A stretch of DNA of 64,000 nt from Eledone cirrhosa. Taxonomy: Eukaryota. Location of the stretch: the NCBI GenBank assembly GCA_964016885.1, contig OZ024740.1, forward strand, positions 168,578,001 through 168,642,000, in the 5' to 3' direction. Each line of letters starts with the position of its first letter. Within the stretch, counting starts at the first letter, position 1. The notes under the pieces are model-generated. The model had not been told where the DNA came from. It searched no databases and saw only the letters and a program-made list of their open reading frames with translations. A program made the position numbers and the translations under genes. Positions 52,040 to 63,817 of this stretch are shown in pieces.

Positions 52040-53277
52040 TACCAGCAGTGCTACCTGGTATTGCCCAAGTATTAAATATGTAGAAATGTTCGCCCAACGC
52101 ATGCTAGAATATTTAAGAAATTTGCTTTGCAATTACGTAGTTGTTGGCTCCATTCCATTGCTTAATACCTTGGACAAATGATTTTTTACTATTGCCATAG
52201 GCTTACCAATATCTTGTGTGTGAATTTGGTAGATGGAAACTAAAACAATCACTCTGTGTGTGTGTGTGTATAATCATCACACATCCATTTCCCTGCTGGC
52301 ATGGGTTAGACATATCACAGCCCACGACTAAACTGGTTGTTCCATGTGTCCTTCCTAACAACAGCCACTTTGCAGTGTGTACTGAAGGCATTTTATCATG
52401 GCACCAGCACTACCACTATAGAGAGTATACTGAATGCATTTCACCATGGCTCCAGCACGATCACTTTACAAAGTGGGCTGGGTGCATTTATATGTGTGTG
52501 TATTTAGTAAAGGTAGGATCAGGAAAACTTGCACAAAAGTGGTAAAAGCTGATCTCATGATGCTGAACCTCACAAAGGAGATGGTAAGGGAAAGAGACAA
52601 GTGGAGGAATGCTGTGTTGGATAGGACATGTCCAACACACGCAAGCATCGAAACAACAGATGTAAAAATAATGATGATGATGATGATGATAATGATGGTG
52701 TGTGTGTTTGAGTGTCTTAGTTTAGTACGTCTATTTATTGACAATGCTTAAAGCAACTAGTGACATTTATTTATACTCCACATAAGCAATCATCATCATC
52801 ATCATCGTTTAATGTCGATCTTCCACGCTAGCATGGGTAGGACAATATATCGCCTAATGTTGTGGTTTGATTAAGATGAGTGGTATGTACTATACTTATA
52901 AATAAAGTATGGTTTGACTTCAGGAGGGGCATCTGGCTGTTAAAAAAATGCCTCAAATAGACTCCCCCAACTCATGTCAGTATGGAAAAATATATGTATA
53001 AATGATCATTATGATGATACTGTAAAATGCACACACTTCTAGGACAAATTCCCTGTAATAAAAGAAAAAATATTTATTGATTAAAATTTCAAAAAGAAAA
53101 AATCATGAAAATAAAAATATAAGCTATTCATTAATTTTTTGATTTTAGCAGTTTGCAGCAAGAGCACTCATGAAATGAGTGCTTGTTAGAAGTAATTGCC
53201 TTCATAATGTAATCTGAATAGAATTAGTTAGATAGCAGTAAAGGTGGGCATTATATAAAAATATAATAAATAAAAAA

Positions 53278-53470
53278 AGGGCGGTGGATTGGCAGTATTC
53301 GGTAGAGTGTCGAACAACATGCTTTGCAGCATAGTTACAGCACTTTACAGTTCGAGTTCGAATCTGCCTCAGGTTAACTTTGCCATTCATCCTTACGGGG
53401 TCGATAAAATAAAGTACCAGTAATGCACTGGGATAATTGCTGGTCTTGTGCCAAAAGTAGGAACAATTAT
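53278..53470 (+). mobile_element. SINE family 2, full length
   Basis: ggcggtggattggcag...GAGTTCGAATC...tcatccttacggggtcgataaaataaagtaccag. Confidence 0.85.
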
Positions 53471-53585
53471 ATAATAAATAATATAAAAACTTTTTGAAAA
53501 GAATGCCAAAAAAATTATTTGCCAAAAATACTTTAACCAATGTGTGCATATATGTATGTGCATGTTGTGTGCATATACAAATATA

Positions 53586-54294
53586 CAGGGTGGACCATAA
53601 TTAGTTTATTGTTAGAAAAAACAGCTAATAGAAAAGATACTGTATTAAACTGTATTTCAAAAGTAATACATAGGCAATTCATATAAATTTATATAGTTAC
53701 ATTAAATGTTTGAAATGCAGCTTATAAATAATAATTGTTTCTACTTTTGGCACAAGGCCAGCAATTACCCAGTACATTACTGGTACTTTATTTTATCGAC
53801 CCCGTAAGGATAAAGGCAAAGTTAACCTCAGCCGGATTTGAACTCAGATCATAAAGGGATGTAACTATGCTGGAAAGCATGTCCGACCCTCTACCGATAC
53901 TGCCAATTCACCGCCCTTATGTTTATAAATAATAATTGTTTCTACTATAGGCACAAGCCCAGCTATTACCCAGTGCATTACTGGTACTTTATTTTATCGA
54001 CCCCTTAAGGATGAAAGGCAAAGTCAACCTCAGCGGGATTTGAACTCAGATCGTAAAGGGACGTAATTATGCTGGAAAGCATGGTGTCCGACCCTCTACT
54101 GATACTGCCAATCCACCGCCCAAATGTTTATAAATAATAATGAAAATTATTGTGTACAGTCTTAGGTGCACCACAACTCATCAAAGGTACATGTATAGTA
54201 CATAGAATAATGTGCAAATGTCAGGAAAGTTTGTGTATAAGCATACCATTACTGTGTTTCTTTGCAATCTGTTAGTTAATTATGGCCCACTTTG
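53586..54294. mobile_element. Tc1/mariner-like MITE containing two tandem family-2 SINEs (53729-53917, 53929-54121; minus)
   Basis: TA-cagggtggaccataatta ... taattatggcccactttg-TA imperfect TIRs; ttataaataataa repeated at all three SINE junctions. Confidence 0.65.
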
Positions 54295-55040
54295 TATAGG
54301 TTTATACATATATCACAAGGACTATATCTTGATTTAATTATTTTTAATGTAACCATAAATGTCTATCAAATTATAGAAGCAAGATTTGTTCATATTTTTG
54401 GAAAATTCTTATACCATTGACTTATATGGAATCAACAAGATTGATTTTTTTTTTTTAAAGCTAGCAGTTCTGTTTTAGTAGTTATCTAAAAGCTGAATGC
54501 ATAGGAAATCTTTAAAGCAGATTATGAATATTGTATTATTCATAGATAAGAATGTGAATTTCGGTTGGAAAACAGGAATGGACTTGATTTCTCAGTTTTT
54601 AATGTCTTTAACATTATGTTCATATCAATTAGTTGGTATTGCAAGTGGCCTCATTTACTTGGTTGACCGACATCCATCACCTGATTTAACACCACCACCT
54701 GACCTTTGTGTGCTTTTAGTCTACTTTGTTATAAGTATTTGTGTCAGAGCTCCAGTTGGGAGTACATTCCTCTCTTCCACTAGTCTCAGAAACCCTGAAA
54801 AGTGTTTTTCCACTGATTAAACAGCAAAAATATTAAAAAGCTTATTTCTTGTCCTTATTTGAAGTACTTTTATTAATATCACTAATTCTCTTGCAGAAAG
54901 GCATGAACATCACAGTTTCCTATTTTCCCTTTCAAAGTCTATAATGTTATTTTGTTCCTAAGAAATCATTACTTTCATATCGAACTCAAGTTTAATATGG
55001 ATTATTACACTTAATTCTTGGTCAAATATTATTTGTAATC

Positions 55041-55514
55041 ACTAGCAGAAAAACCACCCTTCGGGTGGTTTTCTGCTACCATGTGTAGTGTGTATATTGA
55101 TATTATACGCAAGTAGATATGATACATCAAATAAAATCATAATTGACAATATACACAGAAATTGAATGAAGACTGTGTTACACTCTCTTATGTAATCAGT
55201 AATGTAATCCATGATACATTAAAAAAGACAATATTATATATAAACTACATTAGGAGAAAATTAGTGACGGAAATATATGTATGTTTATTTAAGCGATCGC
55301 TAACTGGAAGTGTTGACATTTGAAAATGTTAAAGAAGTGAATCTTTAAATAAACAATAAAATATATTTAATCAACAGCCACAAAATTTAGTAGATAAATT
55401 ATGTAATATTCATTCATTATTTATTCAAAGTAATCCAACTTATTTTACTAATGGGATAAAAACATTACCAACTGTATGCAGTCCCACACGCTTTACTTTA
55501 TTATAGTTTAGATT
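55041..55514 (+). mobile_element. Possible non-autonomous Helitron/Helentron-like remnant
   Basis: Starts ACTAGCAG with a 16-bp hairpin (55043-55078); ends ctttattatagtttagatt. Confidence 0.4.
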
Positions 55515-55806
55515 GACTATTATTATGGTAATTTGCATTGAGATGTACACATTTCAAATTTTAAATTTTCCAAAAGCTTCCTAAGTCAACTGTTTTATTT
55601 AAACTTCTGATTACAGGTTTAAAATCTTCTTCCAGTTGAGAAAATCACATTAAGTACATCTCAAAGGCACCTGCAATGTACCTTGGTCCACTTTTTTCCA
55701 TCTTCAGATGTACTTAATGGGATTTTCTCAACTATTATTTCTAGTGAATGACCATTATTATGGTCATTTGCATTGTAATGCATACATTTCCTATTTCATA
55801 TTCTCC

Positions 55807-55891
<85 letters not shown>

Positions 55892-56199
55892 TGGCTGCCA
55901 ACTCGTTTTCGAGTACGGCCACTACTTTATATCCATGTAGGAGAACCCTACCGATGCGCTGAACGAGTGTGAGTTTTTAGTCCAGCCAGCGACTTGAAAA
56001 CTCTGGTACAAACACTACACTTGTGACAATTATTGACACATAGTGCTGGGTCCATGGTACCATGTGATGACAAGTGCAGAGAGCTCTCCAGATATAAAGC
56101 AATGCCTGTGCCGTGAAGCTTTTATAGTGAGCAAAGGCACTGCACAAAGCCAGTCCCACTCTCTTAACCAAGATGATATTTACCAAAAAGAAGAACAAG

Positions 56200-56490
56200 T
56201 CAACATCATTGGATACCATCAGGGTTGCAGGTGTTATATCAGAGTTTTCCTTCTCCTAGAATTCTGCCTTGACAAAGGCTAAGGGGTCATCTCTCCCGGT
56301 GATTTTGGATGGCCAATGACTCTTAAGAGCTCCTTTGCCCTTTGACAGGTTTTGTTTTTAGTCCTGCAGGATGTCCAAAGTCACCCTCCTCACCAAGAAA
56401 CCTTGGTGGGGTTGCCAGTTTAGTCGCCAACGACCCGACCATGAGACAGGTTGTACTGGGATACATGTTACCAGTAGCAACATGTATCCC
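56200..56490 (-). mobile_element. Probable 5' UTR of an RTE-clade LINE
   Basis: Minus strand gtcaaggcag..tctaggagaaggaaaactctga resembles RTE 5' UTR motifs as recalled; not database-checked. Confidence 0.5.
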
Positions 56491-56722
56491 ATTATATATA
56501 TATAAACAATTGTAACACACAAATTGAGTTCAGATGCATCACTGATTTTTCATTTTCTATTCTCTCTCTCTATATATATATAGTTGTTATATAGTAAGGT
56601 GTATTATTGGTTGTATCAAATGGTCCAATAAATTTTTGTTAGCAATATTACGTTCTCCACACTTTTGTATATCTCCAATTCCATTTATGGGAATAGCTAG
56701 ATGATTTAAAATGGAGTATTTG

Positions 56723-58270
56723 TATCAAAATAAAGATCCGAAGGCATGTTATAAATTTCCAATCCTTTTAATCACGACACATGTTTCAATAAGAGATAGA
56801 TCGATTGTGTAGCCATGATCGATTATCACTGATCTCGTTAGGTGAAAATGAATTGTCTTCAAATCTTTGATATGAGGGAGAAAATTAACGATGTTCACTC
56901 ACAGAGTTTAGTCCCTCATATGAAGATCAAGCAGTCAAAACTATCAAGTCTCTATCTCCCAATAGCTGTAAAAGACGCTGGACATCAATCAAATCTGTAG
57001 AATTACAGTCGGTCACAGTTAATGTATTTAGAATGATTACATACTCAGGTAAGACAGATTATGCGCATTCACCATTACTTTAGGATACCCTAACCATTGA
57101 GTTCTCTCAGTTAGGATATAGCTAGACGTATTACACACTCAGTTAAGACCGGTTACGCTCTCTATACATAACTCTACACACAGTACCCGGTTTCTTTAGA
57201 CACTGAGTTCCCACTGTTATGACTGGTCACGTTTCTATCGATTGAACACTACACTAGGTTTTGATCCGTGGTCATCTAACCATGGAGTGCTCACGGTTAC
57301 AGATTGGACAATAATACTTACACACCATTAATGGGCCTACACACATCCTCTGGGTTTTGCTATTCTTTGTTATTTTATTTTATTTTATTTTTATTTTTGT
57401 GTTGGATAACACCTCCACCACTCAAACACCTTAAAAGCCCAAGGGCCCATATAATGGGAAATCGCACATACTGACACCTTAACCCAAATACCCAACCCTA
57501 CACAGAGCCCCTTGGTGGCCTACATAGCGGTTGCTTGCACGCACAGATTTGGGGACTCAGATTCTCAATGGGACAACGGCACATACTGAGTTTGATATGA
57601 GCTGACTACTTACTCTTCACATGGATGTGTATATGCCAAAACATACACTTTTTTGGATGATACGGATGTGTATATACCATAACATACACTATTTGGAGAT
57701 ACGGATGTTACAATTCAATCTATACACGTATAGCAGAAGATTGAACTGAACTTACTTGCGTGTGTATAGGGTTGCGGTTGACCCAATTTTTCCAATTTAC
57801 ATCGTCAAATTTAGATTTGACCAATATAACATTTGTTGTTTTGTAAACTAACTTTCGGTGAATACTATGTTGGTATATGTATATATATTTTTTTCTTTGA
57901 TCTCGTGTAGGTATGTGTGAGTGTGTGTGTACCCACTCACATTAACTGTGACCGACTGTAATTCTACAGATTTGATTGATGTCCAGCGTCTTTTACAGCT
58001 ATTGGGAGATAGAGACTTGATAGTTTTATGACCCTAACTGAGGACGATAGCAGTTTTGACTGCTTGATCTTCATATGAGGGACTAAACTCTGTGAGTGAA
58101 CATTGTTAATTTTCTCCCTCATATCAAGGATTTGAAGACAATTCATTTTCACCTGACGAGATCAGTGATAATCGATCATGGCTACACGATCGATCTATCT
58201 CTTATTGAAACATGTGTCGTGATTAAAATGATTGGAAATTTATACCATGCCTTCGGATCTTTATTTTGAT
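56723..58270. mobile_element. ~1.55-kb non-coding element with ~300-330-bp terminal inverted repeats, each holding a hammerhead
   Basis: 56723-57025 is the reverse complement of 57939-58270 apart from a ~30-bp indel; third scrap at 58286-58314. Confidence 0.85.
58149..58222 (+). ncRNA. Type I hammerhead ribozyme (mirror copy ~56772-56845 has CTAACGA)
   Basis: tcac-CTGACGA-...atcgatc-loop-gatcgat...-GAAA-catgtg-TC-gtga; canonical GUC triplet. Confidence 0.75.
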
Positions 58271-58345
58271 ATATATATATATATATATCAAAATAAAGAT
58301 CCGAAGGCATGGTATATATATAGTGAAGAATAAATATAATATATA

Positions 58346-58640
58346 TGTTGGTACCACAACATCCAGTCCGAAACAGATGAGATCGTGTAGGTGTCACGAC
58401 AAAAAAAAAACACAGTCCACGCTGTAATGTGGCCGTGTAGGTAACACGGTAAAAACCTCCCAGTCCACACTGTAAACGTGGTTGGTGTTAGGAAGGGCAT
58501 CCAGCCGTAGAAAACCCGCCAGACAGTCCTATACGAGCAAGACAACCAATCTTGCCTCAAGTGGGAAAACTCCCGTCCAAACCCATGCAAGCGTAGAAGA
58601 TGGACGTTAAACGGTGATGATGATGATGATGATGATAATG
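58346..58640 (+). mobile_element. RTE family B 3' UTR copy
   Basis: 3' UTR and (GAT)n. Confidence 0.88.
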
Positions 58641-59983
58641 GGAACACAAAACAAGGGGCACACAAAGACAGTCCTCATCAGTCAACCTCTGAAAAATCAC
58701 TATAGTTTCTATCCATCAAGGTTGAGCGCTATATATATATATATGAATGTGTATATATATATACACACACAAAAAGAAGAACGCAAGCATCAACATTTAT
58801 ATATGCACATGCCCATGCAAAAGAAGGCAGATTGATGTTAGAGTTGAGTCCATAGCTTCCATAAACAACCTTGAGCCAATCAAGTGTAACAGGTTGATAA
58901 TCAATATAATAATCGTTTTTTATTGAAACTTCATCGTTTCATCTTAATATATACATTCTGTCTGTGCATCGAGTGTTCATATTAGTACCACCACCAGAAA
59001 ATCACTGAATCACCTACACACATGTATATATATATATATAGTTATTTACCAGATTGATTGGCAGATTAAATGTTTCAAAATGTATTTTTAGATAAACATC
59101 AAGCTGTCAGAAGACAGAATGGTTTTGATCAATTACTTGCTACCTATTCACTGATGCCACTGTCAGTTATTACAGATTTACTGTATAAATATTTGATAAA
59201 ATGAATGATATGAACATTGAAGATTTTTCATGTAAGGTGCTAATCTATTTTGATATATATGTGGCGACATACATATATAATTATACATTTACATGCAGAT
59301 ACACACCATGTTTATCTGCATTGGAATATATAAAGCAAGAGAAGTGCTTAATATATTAAAATCTTTGAAAATATCTAAAGATACTGACATTTTCTGAAAG
59401 TGTTTTACATTTTTGAAATCATGTTAGTATTTTTCTGTTTTTCTTTTACATTTAACAAGTATTTATATTACAATTTTACTATGTATGGTAACATTTTAAT
59501 ATAAATATGTGTTTTTTACTTTAGCCTCTGGCAGACCAATATCTTTTGATGGACCTTTGTTACATGAAATCTGTGCAGAAGTCCATTATATATATATCAT
59601 CATCATCATCAACGTTTAAGGTCTGTGTTCCACGCTTGCATGGGTTTGGACGGGGGTTTTCCCACTTGAGGCAAGAGTGATTGTCTTGCTCGCATAGGAC
59701 TGTCTGGCGGGTTTTCTACAGCTGGATGCCCTTCCTAACACCAACCACATTTACAGTGTGGGGCTGGGAGGTTTTTACCGTGTTGCCTACACGGCCACAT
59801 TACAGCGTGGACTGTGTGTTTTTTTGTCGTGACACCTACACGATCTCATTTGTTTCGGCCTGGATGTTGTGGCACCAACATAACTTTACATTGACAGGGG
59901 CGGTGTGGATGGGGTGGGGGTGGTGGGACGGGGGTGTATTTTGTTAGAGATGCCTACTGACTGTAGTAGGTTTTACTTTGTAT

Positions 59984-62101
59984 TTAGGTAAGGCGGGTCT
60001 TCTCTATTACTGAGTACCGCCAAAGATCTCGGTCCACTGACATTGTCTTGGAGAGGTGTAAGTGTGTGAGGTCGGAATTTAACAGCTCGTCCCAGGTATT
60101 TCTGGGTCTGCCTACTCCGTGGCTACCGTCTATCTTTATTGCCCTGCACTTTGTTATACAGCTATCGTCTTTCATGCGCATCACGTGACCATACCAACGT
60201 AGCCTTCTCTCGAGTAAACAACATCTGATCCCTCTTATTTCTAATTTTTTCCTTAGTTCGTTTATGCTTTGCCGTTCACGTATATTACTATTACACATCC
60301 AGCGGAGCATGCAAGCTTCGTTCCTCTCTAGTCCGCGTATATCCTCTGCACACAATGCCCAGGTCTCACTGCCATGCAACATTGCTGTTCGTATGCAGGC
60401 ATCATACAACCTGCCTTTCATTTTTAGGGAGAACCCTTTAGCGGCTAATAGTGGTAGAAGCTCTCTGAACTTTTTCCATCCAGTTCTGACTCTAGCTACT
60501 CTACTTTCAGAGCACCCTCCCCCACTGCTGATTTTATCACCCAGGTAACGGAAGCTGTCCACTATTTCTATAGAACCCCCTGCGCAGTTGAAAGAGCTAG
60601 TATTTTGTGGGCACTTGCTGCTACTTATTGCACCAGAGCACCGGCCACATGTAAAATCTATGTTCTTAGTTAGCTTACCTGTGATCCCACTACATCTTTT
60701 ATGCACCCATACTTTGCATTTGGGACACAAAATGGAGTTTCTACCTACGCCTTTCCTACACACTGAGCATGGCCACTTCCCGGAAGGGACCGCCGCCTTA
60801 TTTTCTTTCTTACAAACTAGAACTTTAGTCTTAGCCAGGTTAATTTTAAGGCCTTTTGATTCTAGGCCGTGCTTCCATGTTTGGAATTTCTTCTCTAGCT
60901 TGGCCATTGATTCAGCTATGAGTGTTAGGTCATCTGCGTATAGGAGTTCCCATGGGCAGCCGGTCTTGAACTCCTCTGTTATAGCCTGAATGGCAATAAT
61001 AAATAGTAGGGGGCTGAGAACAGAGCCCTGATGGACGCCAACTTTTACGCTAAACTCTTCACTATATTCGTTGTTAATTCTAACCTTGCTGACTGTTTCT
61101 TTATACATGGCTTGTATAGCTCTCACAAGCCATTCGTCAACACCTAGTTTTCTAAGAGCCCACCAGATAATGGAGCGGGGGACTCTGTCGAAGGCTTTCT
61201 CCAAGTCAACAAAAGCTAAGTATAGGGGTTTACTTTTAGCTAGGTACTTCTCCTGTAGTCGTCGAACAATGAAAAGAGCGTCTGTGGTACTTTTGCCTGA
61301 CACAAACCCGAACTGCATTTCATCTAGATCAATTCTCTCTCTGATTAGTTGCGCTATTACTTTTTCCGTGACCTTCATGACCTGGTCGATTAATTTAATG
61401 CCTCTATAGTTACTCCTATCTAGGGCATCTCCTTTACCCTTATAACAGTTAACGATGATGCTGCTATGCCAGTCCTTCGGAACAACCCCGTTCTGTACGA
61501 CTTGGTTAACTATCCGGGTGACCAAGGTGTGTCCCACCGTACCAGATGCCTTCAGCATCTCAGCAACTATTTCCAAAGGCCCAGCCGCCTTACCCGTCTT
61601 CATATCTTTGATTGCCTTACTTATTATACTACCCTCGACTAACACTGCTGGTCCCTCTATTGGGTCGATGTGGGGGAGACTGTCTTTCTCCCATTTATTC
61701 TCCTCATTTAGTAGCCTTTCGTAGTGACACTTCCAAGCTACCTTCTTATCAGCGTCGGTGATGGCAAGTACGCCGTCATCATTAAGTACACACTTCTCCC
61801 CGACAATATCACGGTTTTCATTGACACATTGCCTAGCAATCCTAAACACCTCACGTTTTTGGTCCTCGCGTTGTAGAACATGCTTGAACTTTCTTTCCTC
61901 TGCTTCCCTTCTTGCGAAGTACACTTGTCTCCTAGCTTCCCTCCTAGCCACTTGATAGTCTTCTCTTCTTCCCCCATCCCGCCATACTTTCCAAGCCTGC
62001 TTTTTGGCCTTAATTGACCCCTCCACCTTACTGTTCCACCACCATGTTACTCTCCTCCTGCCTACAGGCCTGCTCCAGCCACAGACTTCGTCTGCCGCCA
62101 T
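59984..62101 (-). CDS. RTE reverse transcriptase ORF (705 aa, partial) with internal C4HC3 finger
   Basis: All RT motifs intact including YADD; no stops. Confidence 0.9.
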   Translation of the reverse strand: MAADEVCGWSRPVGRRRVTWWWNSKVEGSIKAKKQAWKVWRDGGRREDYQVARREARRQVYFARREAEERKFKHVLQREDQKREVFRIARQCVNENRDIVGEKCVLNDDGVLAITDADKKVAWKCHYERLLNEENKWEKDSLPHIDPIEGPAVLVEGSIISKAIKDMKTGKAAGPLEIVAEMLKASGTVGHTLVTRIVNQVVQNGVVPKDWHSSIIVNCYKGKGDALDRSNYRGIKLIDQVMKVTEKVIAQLIRERIDLDEMQFGFVSGKSTTDALFIVRRLQEKYLAKSKPLYLAFVDLEKAFDRVPRSIIWWALRKLGVDEWLVRAIQAMYKETVSKVRINNEYSEEFSVKVGVHQGSVLSPLLFIIAIQAITEEFKTGCPWELLYADDLTLIAESMAKLEKKFQTWKHGLESKGLKINLAKTKVLVCKKENKAAVPSGKWPCSVCRKGVGRNSILCPKCKVWVHKRCSGITGKLTKNIDFTCGRCSGAISSSKCPQNTSSFNCAGGSIEIVDSFRYLGDKISSGGGCSESRVARVRTGWKKFRELLPLLAAKGFSLKMKGRLYDACIRTAMLHGSETWALCAEDIRGLERNEACMLRWMCNSNIRERQSINELRKKLEIRGIRCCLLERRLRWYGHVMRMKDDSCITKCRAIKIDGSHGVGRPRNTWDELLNSDLTHLHLSKTMSVDRDLWRYSVIEKTRLT

Positions 62102-62189
62102 CAGCAGGTTTGCTTTCAGGAATTCCCACTGTTCCTCTATATTGTACGACTCTAATTGCTCTTCCTTACTGTCGAAAGCATCAAGTAGT

Positions 62190-62799
62190 CATCATCATCA
62201 TCATCAGGTTTAGCGTCCGTGTTCCACGCTTGCGTGAGTTTGGACGGGGGTTTTTCCACTTGAGGCAAGAGTGGTTGTCTTGCTCGCATAGGACTGTCTG
62301 GCGGGTTTTCTACAGCTGGATGCCCTTCCTAACACCAACCACATTTACAGTGTGGGGCTGGGAGGTTTTTACCGTGTTGCCTACACGGCCACATTACAGC
62401 GTGGACTGTCTGGCGGGTTTTCTACAGCTGGATGCCCTTCCTAACACCAACCACATTTACAGTGTGGAGCTGGGAGGTTTTTGCCATCTTGCCTACACGG
62501 CCACATTTACAGCGTGGACTGTGTGTTTTTTTGTCGTGACACCTACACGATCTCATTTGTTTCGGCCTGGATGTTGTGGGACCAACATAACTTTACATTG
62601 AAAGGGCAGTGTGGATGGGGTGGAGGTGGTGGGACGGGGGTGTGTTTTGATAGAGATGCCTACTGACTGTAGTAGGTTTTTACTTTGTATTTAGGTAAGG
62701 CGGGTCTTCTCTATTACTGAGTACCGCCAAAGGTCTCGGTCCAGTGACATTGTCTTGGAGAGGTGTAAGCGTGTGAGGTCGGAATTTATCATGTCGTTT
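62190..62799 (-). mobile_element. Nested RTE family B 3' copy with 10-bp target-site duplication
   Basis: ATCAAGTAGT at 62180-62189 and 62800-62809; internal ~110-bp duplication. Confidence 0.9.
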
Positions 62800-63354
62800 A
62801 TCAAGTAGTATGCTTTATTTCTGGCTGTGGGTCCTTTAGCTTCCATATTTTTCTCCTGAGGATAGTCCTCTTCTGCTGTCTAGTACGTCTCGTCCTGACT
62901 ATTAGGTCGCTAATTATCAGTCTATGTTGGGAGGTGCATTCTTCATGGGGGAGGGATTTAGTGTTTACAACAGACACTCTGTCACGTCTTCTGGTAAGGA
63001 TATAATCTACCTGGCTTGTGTGTTCCCCCGATCTATAGGTGATCAGGTGATTGTCACGTTTTTTGAAGTTAGTGTTACAGATAGTTAGGTTATTTGCGTC
63101 ACAGAATTCCAGGATTCTGGAGCCTTCCTCATTTCTAGTACCAAACCCATAGCCTCCATGGATATATATATATAATACAATAACAGAGATAGCTTAACGC
63201 TAAACTCCGACTGGTAACCATCTCACTCAACAAACGTTAGGTTATATGTTAGTATAACCCAATTTAAGTGTTTGTGGTGCTAACTATATGTATTTTGTGG
63301 AAAGCCAGTTGTATTATTTTATGAGATATAATTAAAGTTAAAATATATCTCTCT

Positions 63355-63479
63355 TTCCAAACAATTGTTTCATTATAAGTTTTCTACAAATTGGGAGAAT
63401 GTTTCCAGTTTATGTAGAAGCCTAACATATATTCATGTAAGAATATATTTAGGTGGGCACTTATAAATCTTCAGTGGAA
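63355..63479 (-). ncRNA. Hammerhead with branched stem II (within repeat ~63175-63520)
   Basis: ttcca-CTGAAGA-t-ttataagt...acttataa-t-GAAA-caattg-TT-tggaa. Confidence 0.72.
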
Positions 63480-63657
63480 GCCCATTAAACTTTGAAATAA
63501 GAAAAAATTCTTACCGCATATATATATTTATTTGTAGTAAGCTTGCTTGGATGCGTCCATAGGCGGTATGCCAGTTGAGCACTCTATGCTCCTTTGGAGT
63601 AGAGTATAATAATATGGAAAATGAAGAATCAGTGATGCATTGGAACACAATTTATTA

Positions 63658-63750
63658 ACGTATTACAATTGTTTCTCTGGCGAATAGCTCGAGGTGCGAT
63701 CTATGTGTGGATCGAACCTGACTCTGGATTCGCAAGTTCCTCAGATACGT
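63658..63750 (-). ncRNA. Type I hammerhead ribozyme with long stem II
   Basis: acgtat-CTGAGGA-...gcgaat..gag..aggt.cgatc/gatcg.acct.gag..attcgc...-GAAA-caattg-TA-atacgt; 6-bp stem I; truncated relative at 56503-56560. Confidence 0.82.
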
Positions 63751-63773
63751 CTAGTGACTTCAAAGCAAATCCC

Positions 63774-63817
<44 letters not shown>

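Larger units (their letters stand above)
59596..63163 (-). mobile_element. Longest RTE family B copy: APE endonuclease C-half and RT, interrupted by a nested insertion
   Basis: 62810-63163 encodes HGGYGFG.RNEEG.RILEFC...NT.FKK..HLITY.SG...QVDYIL...QHRL; RT frame open from ~62189 to 59984. Confidence 0.97.

Noticed and set aside
55043-55078. Rho-independent terminator
   Set aside because: Eukaryotic context; better explained as a transposon-end hairpin
55708-55962. Exon/ORF after ttttttccatcttcAG
   Set aside because: No donor site; runs into (CT)n(AT)n
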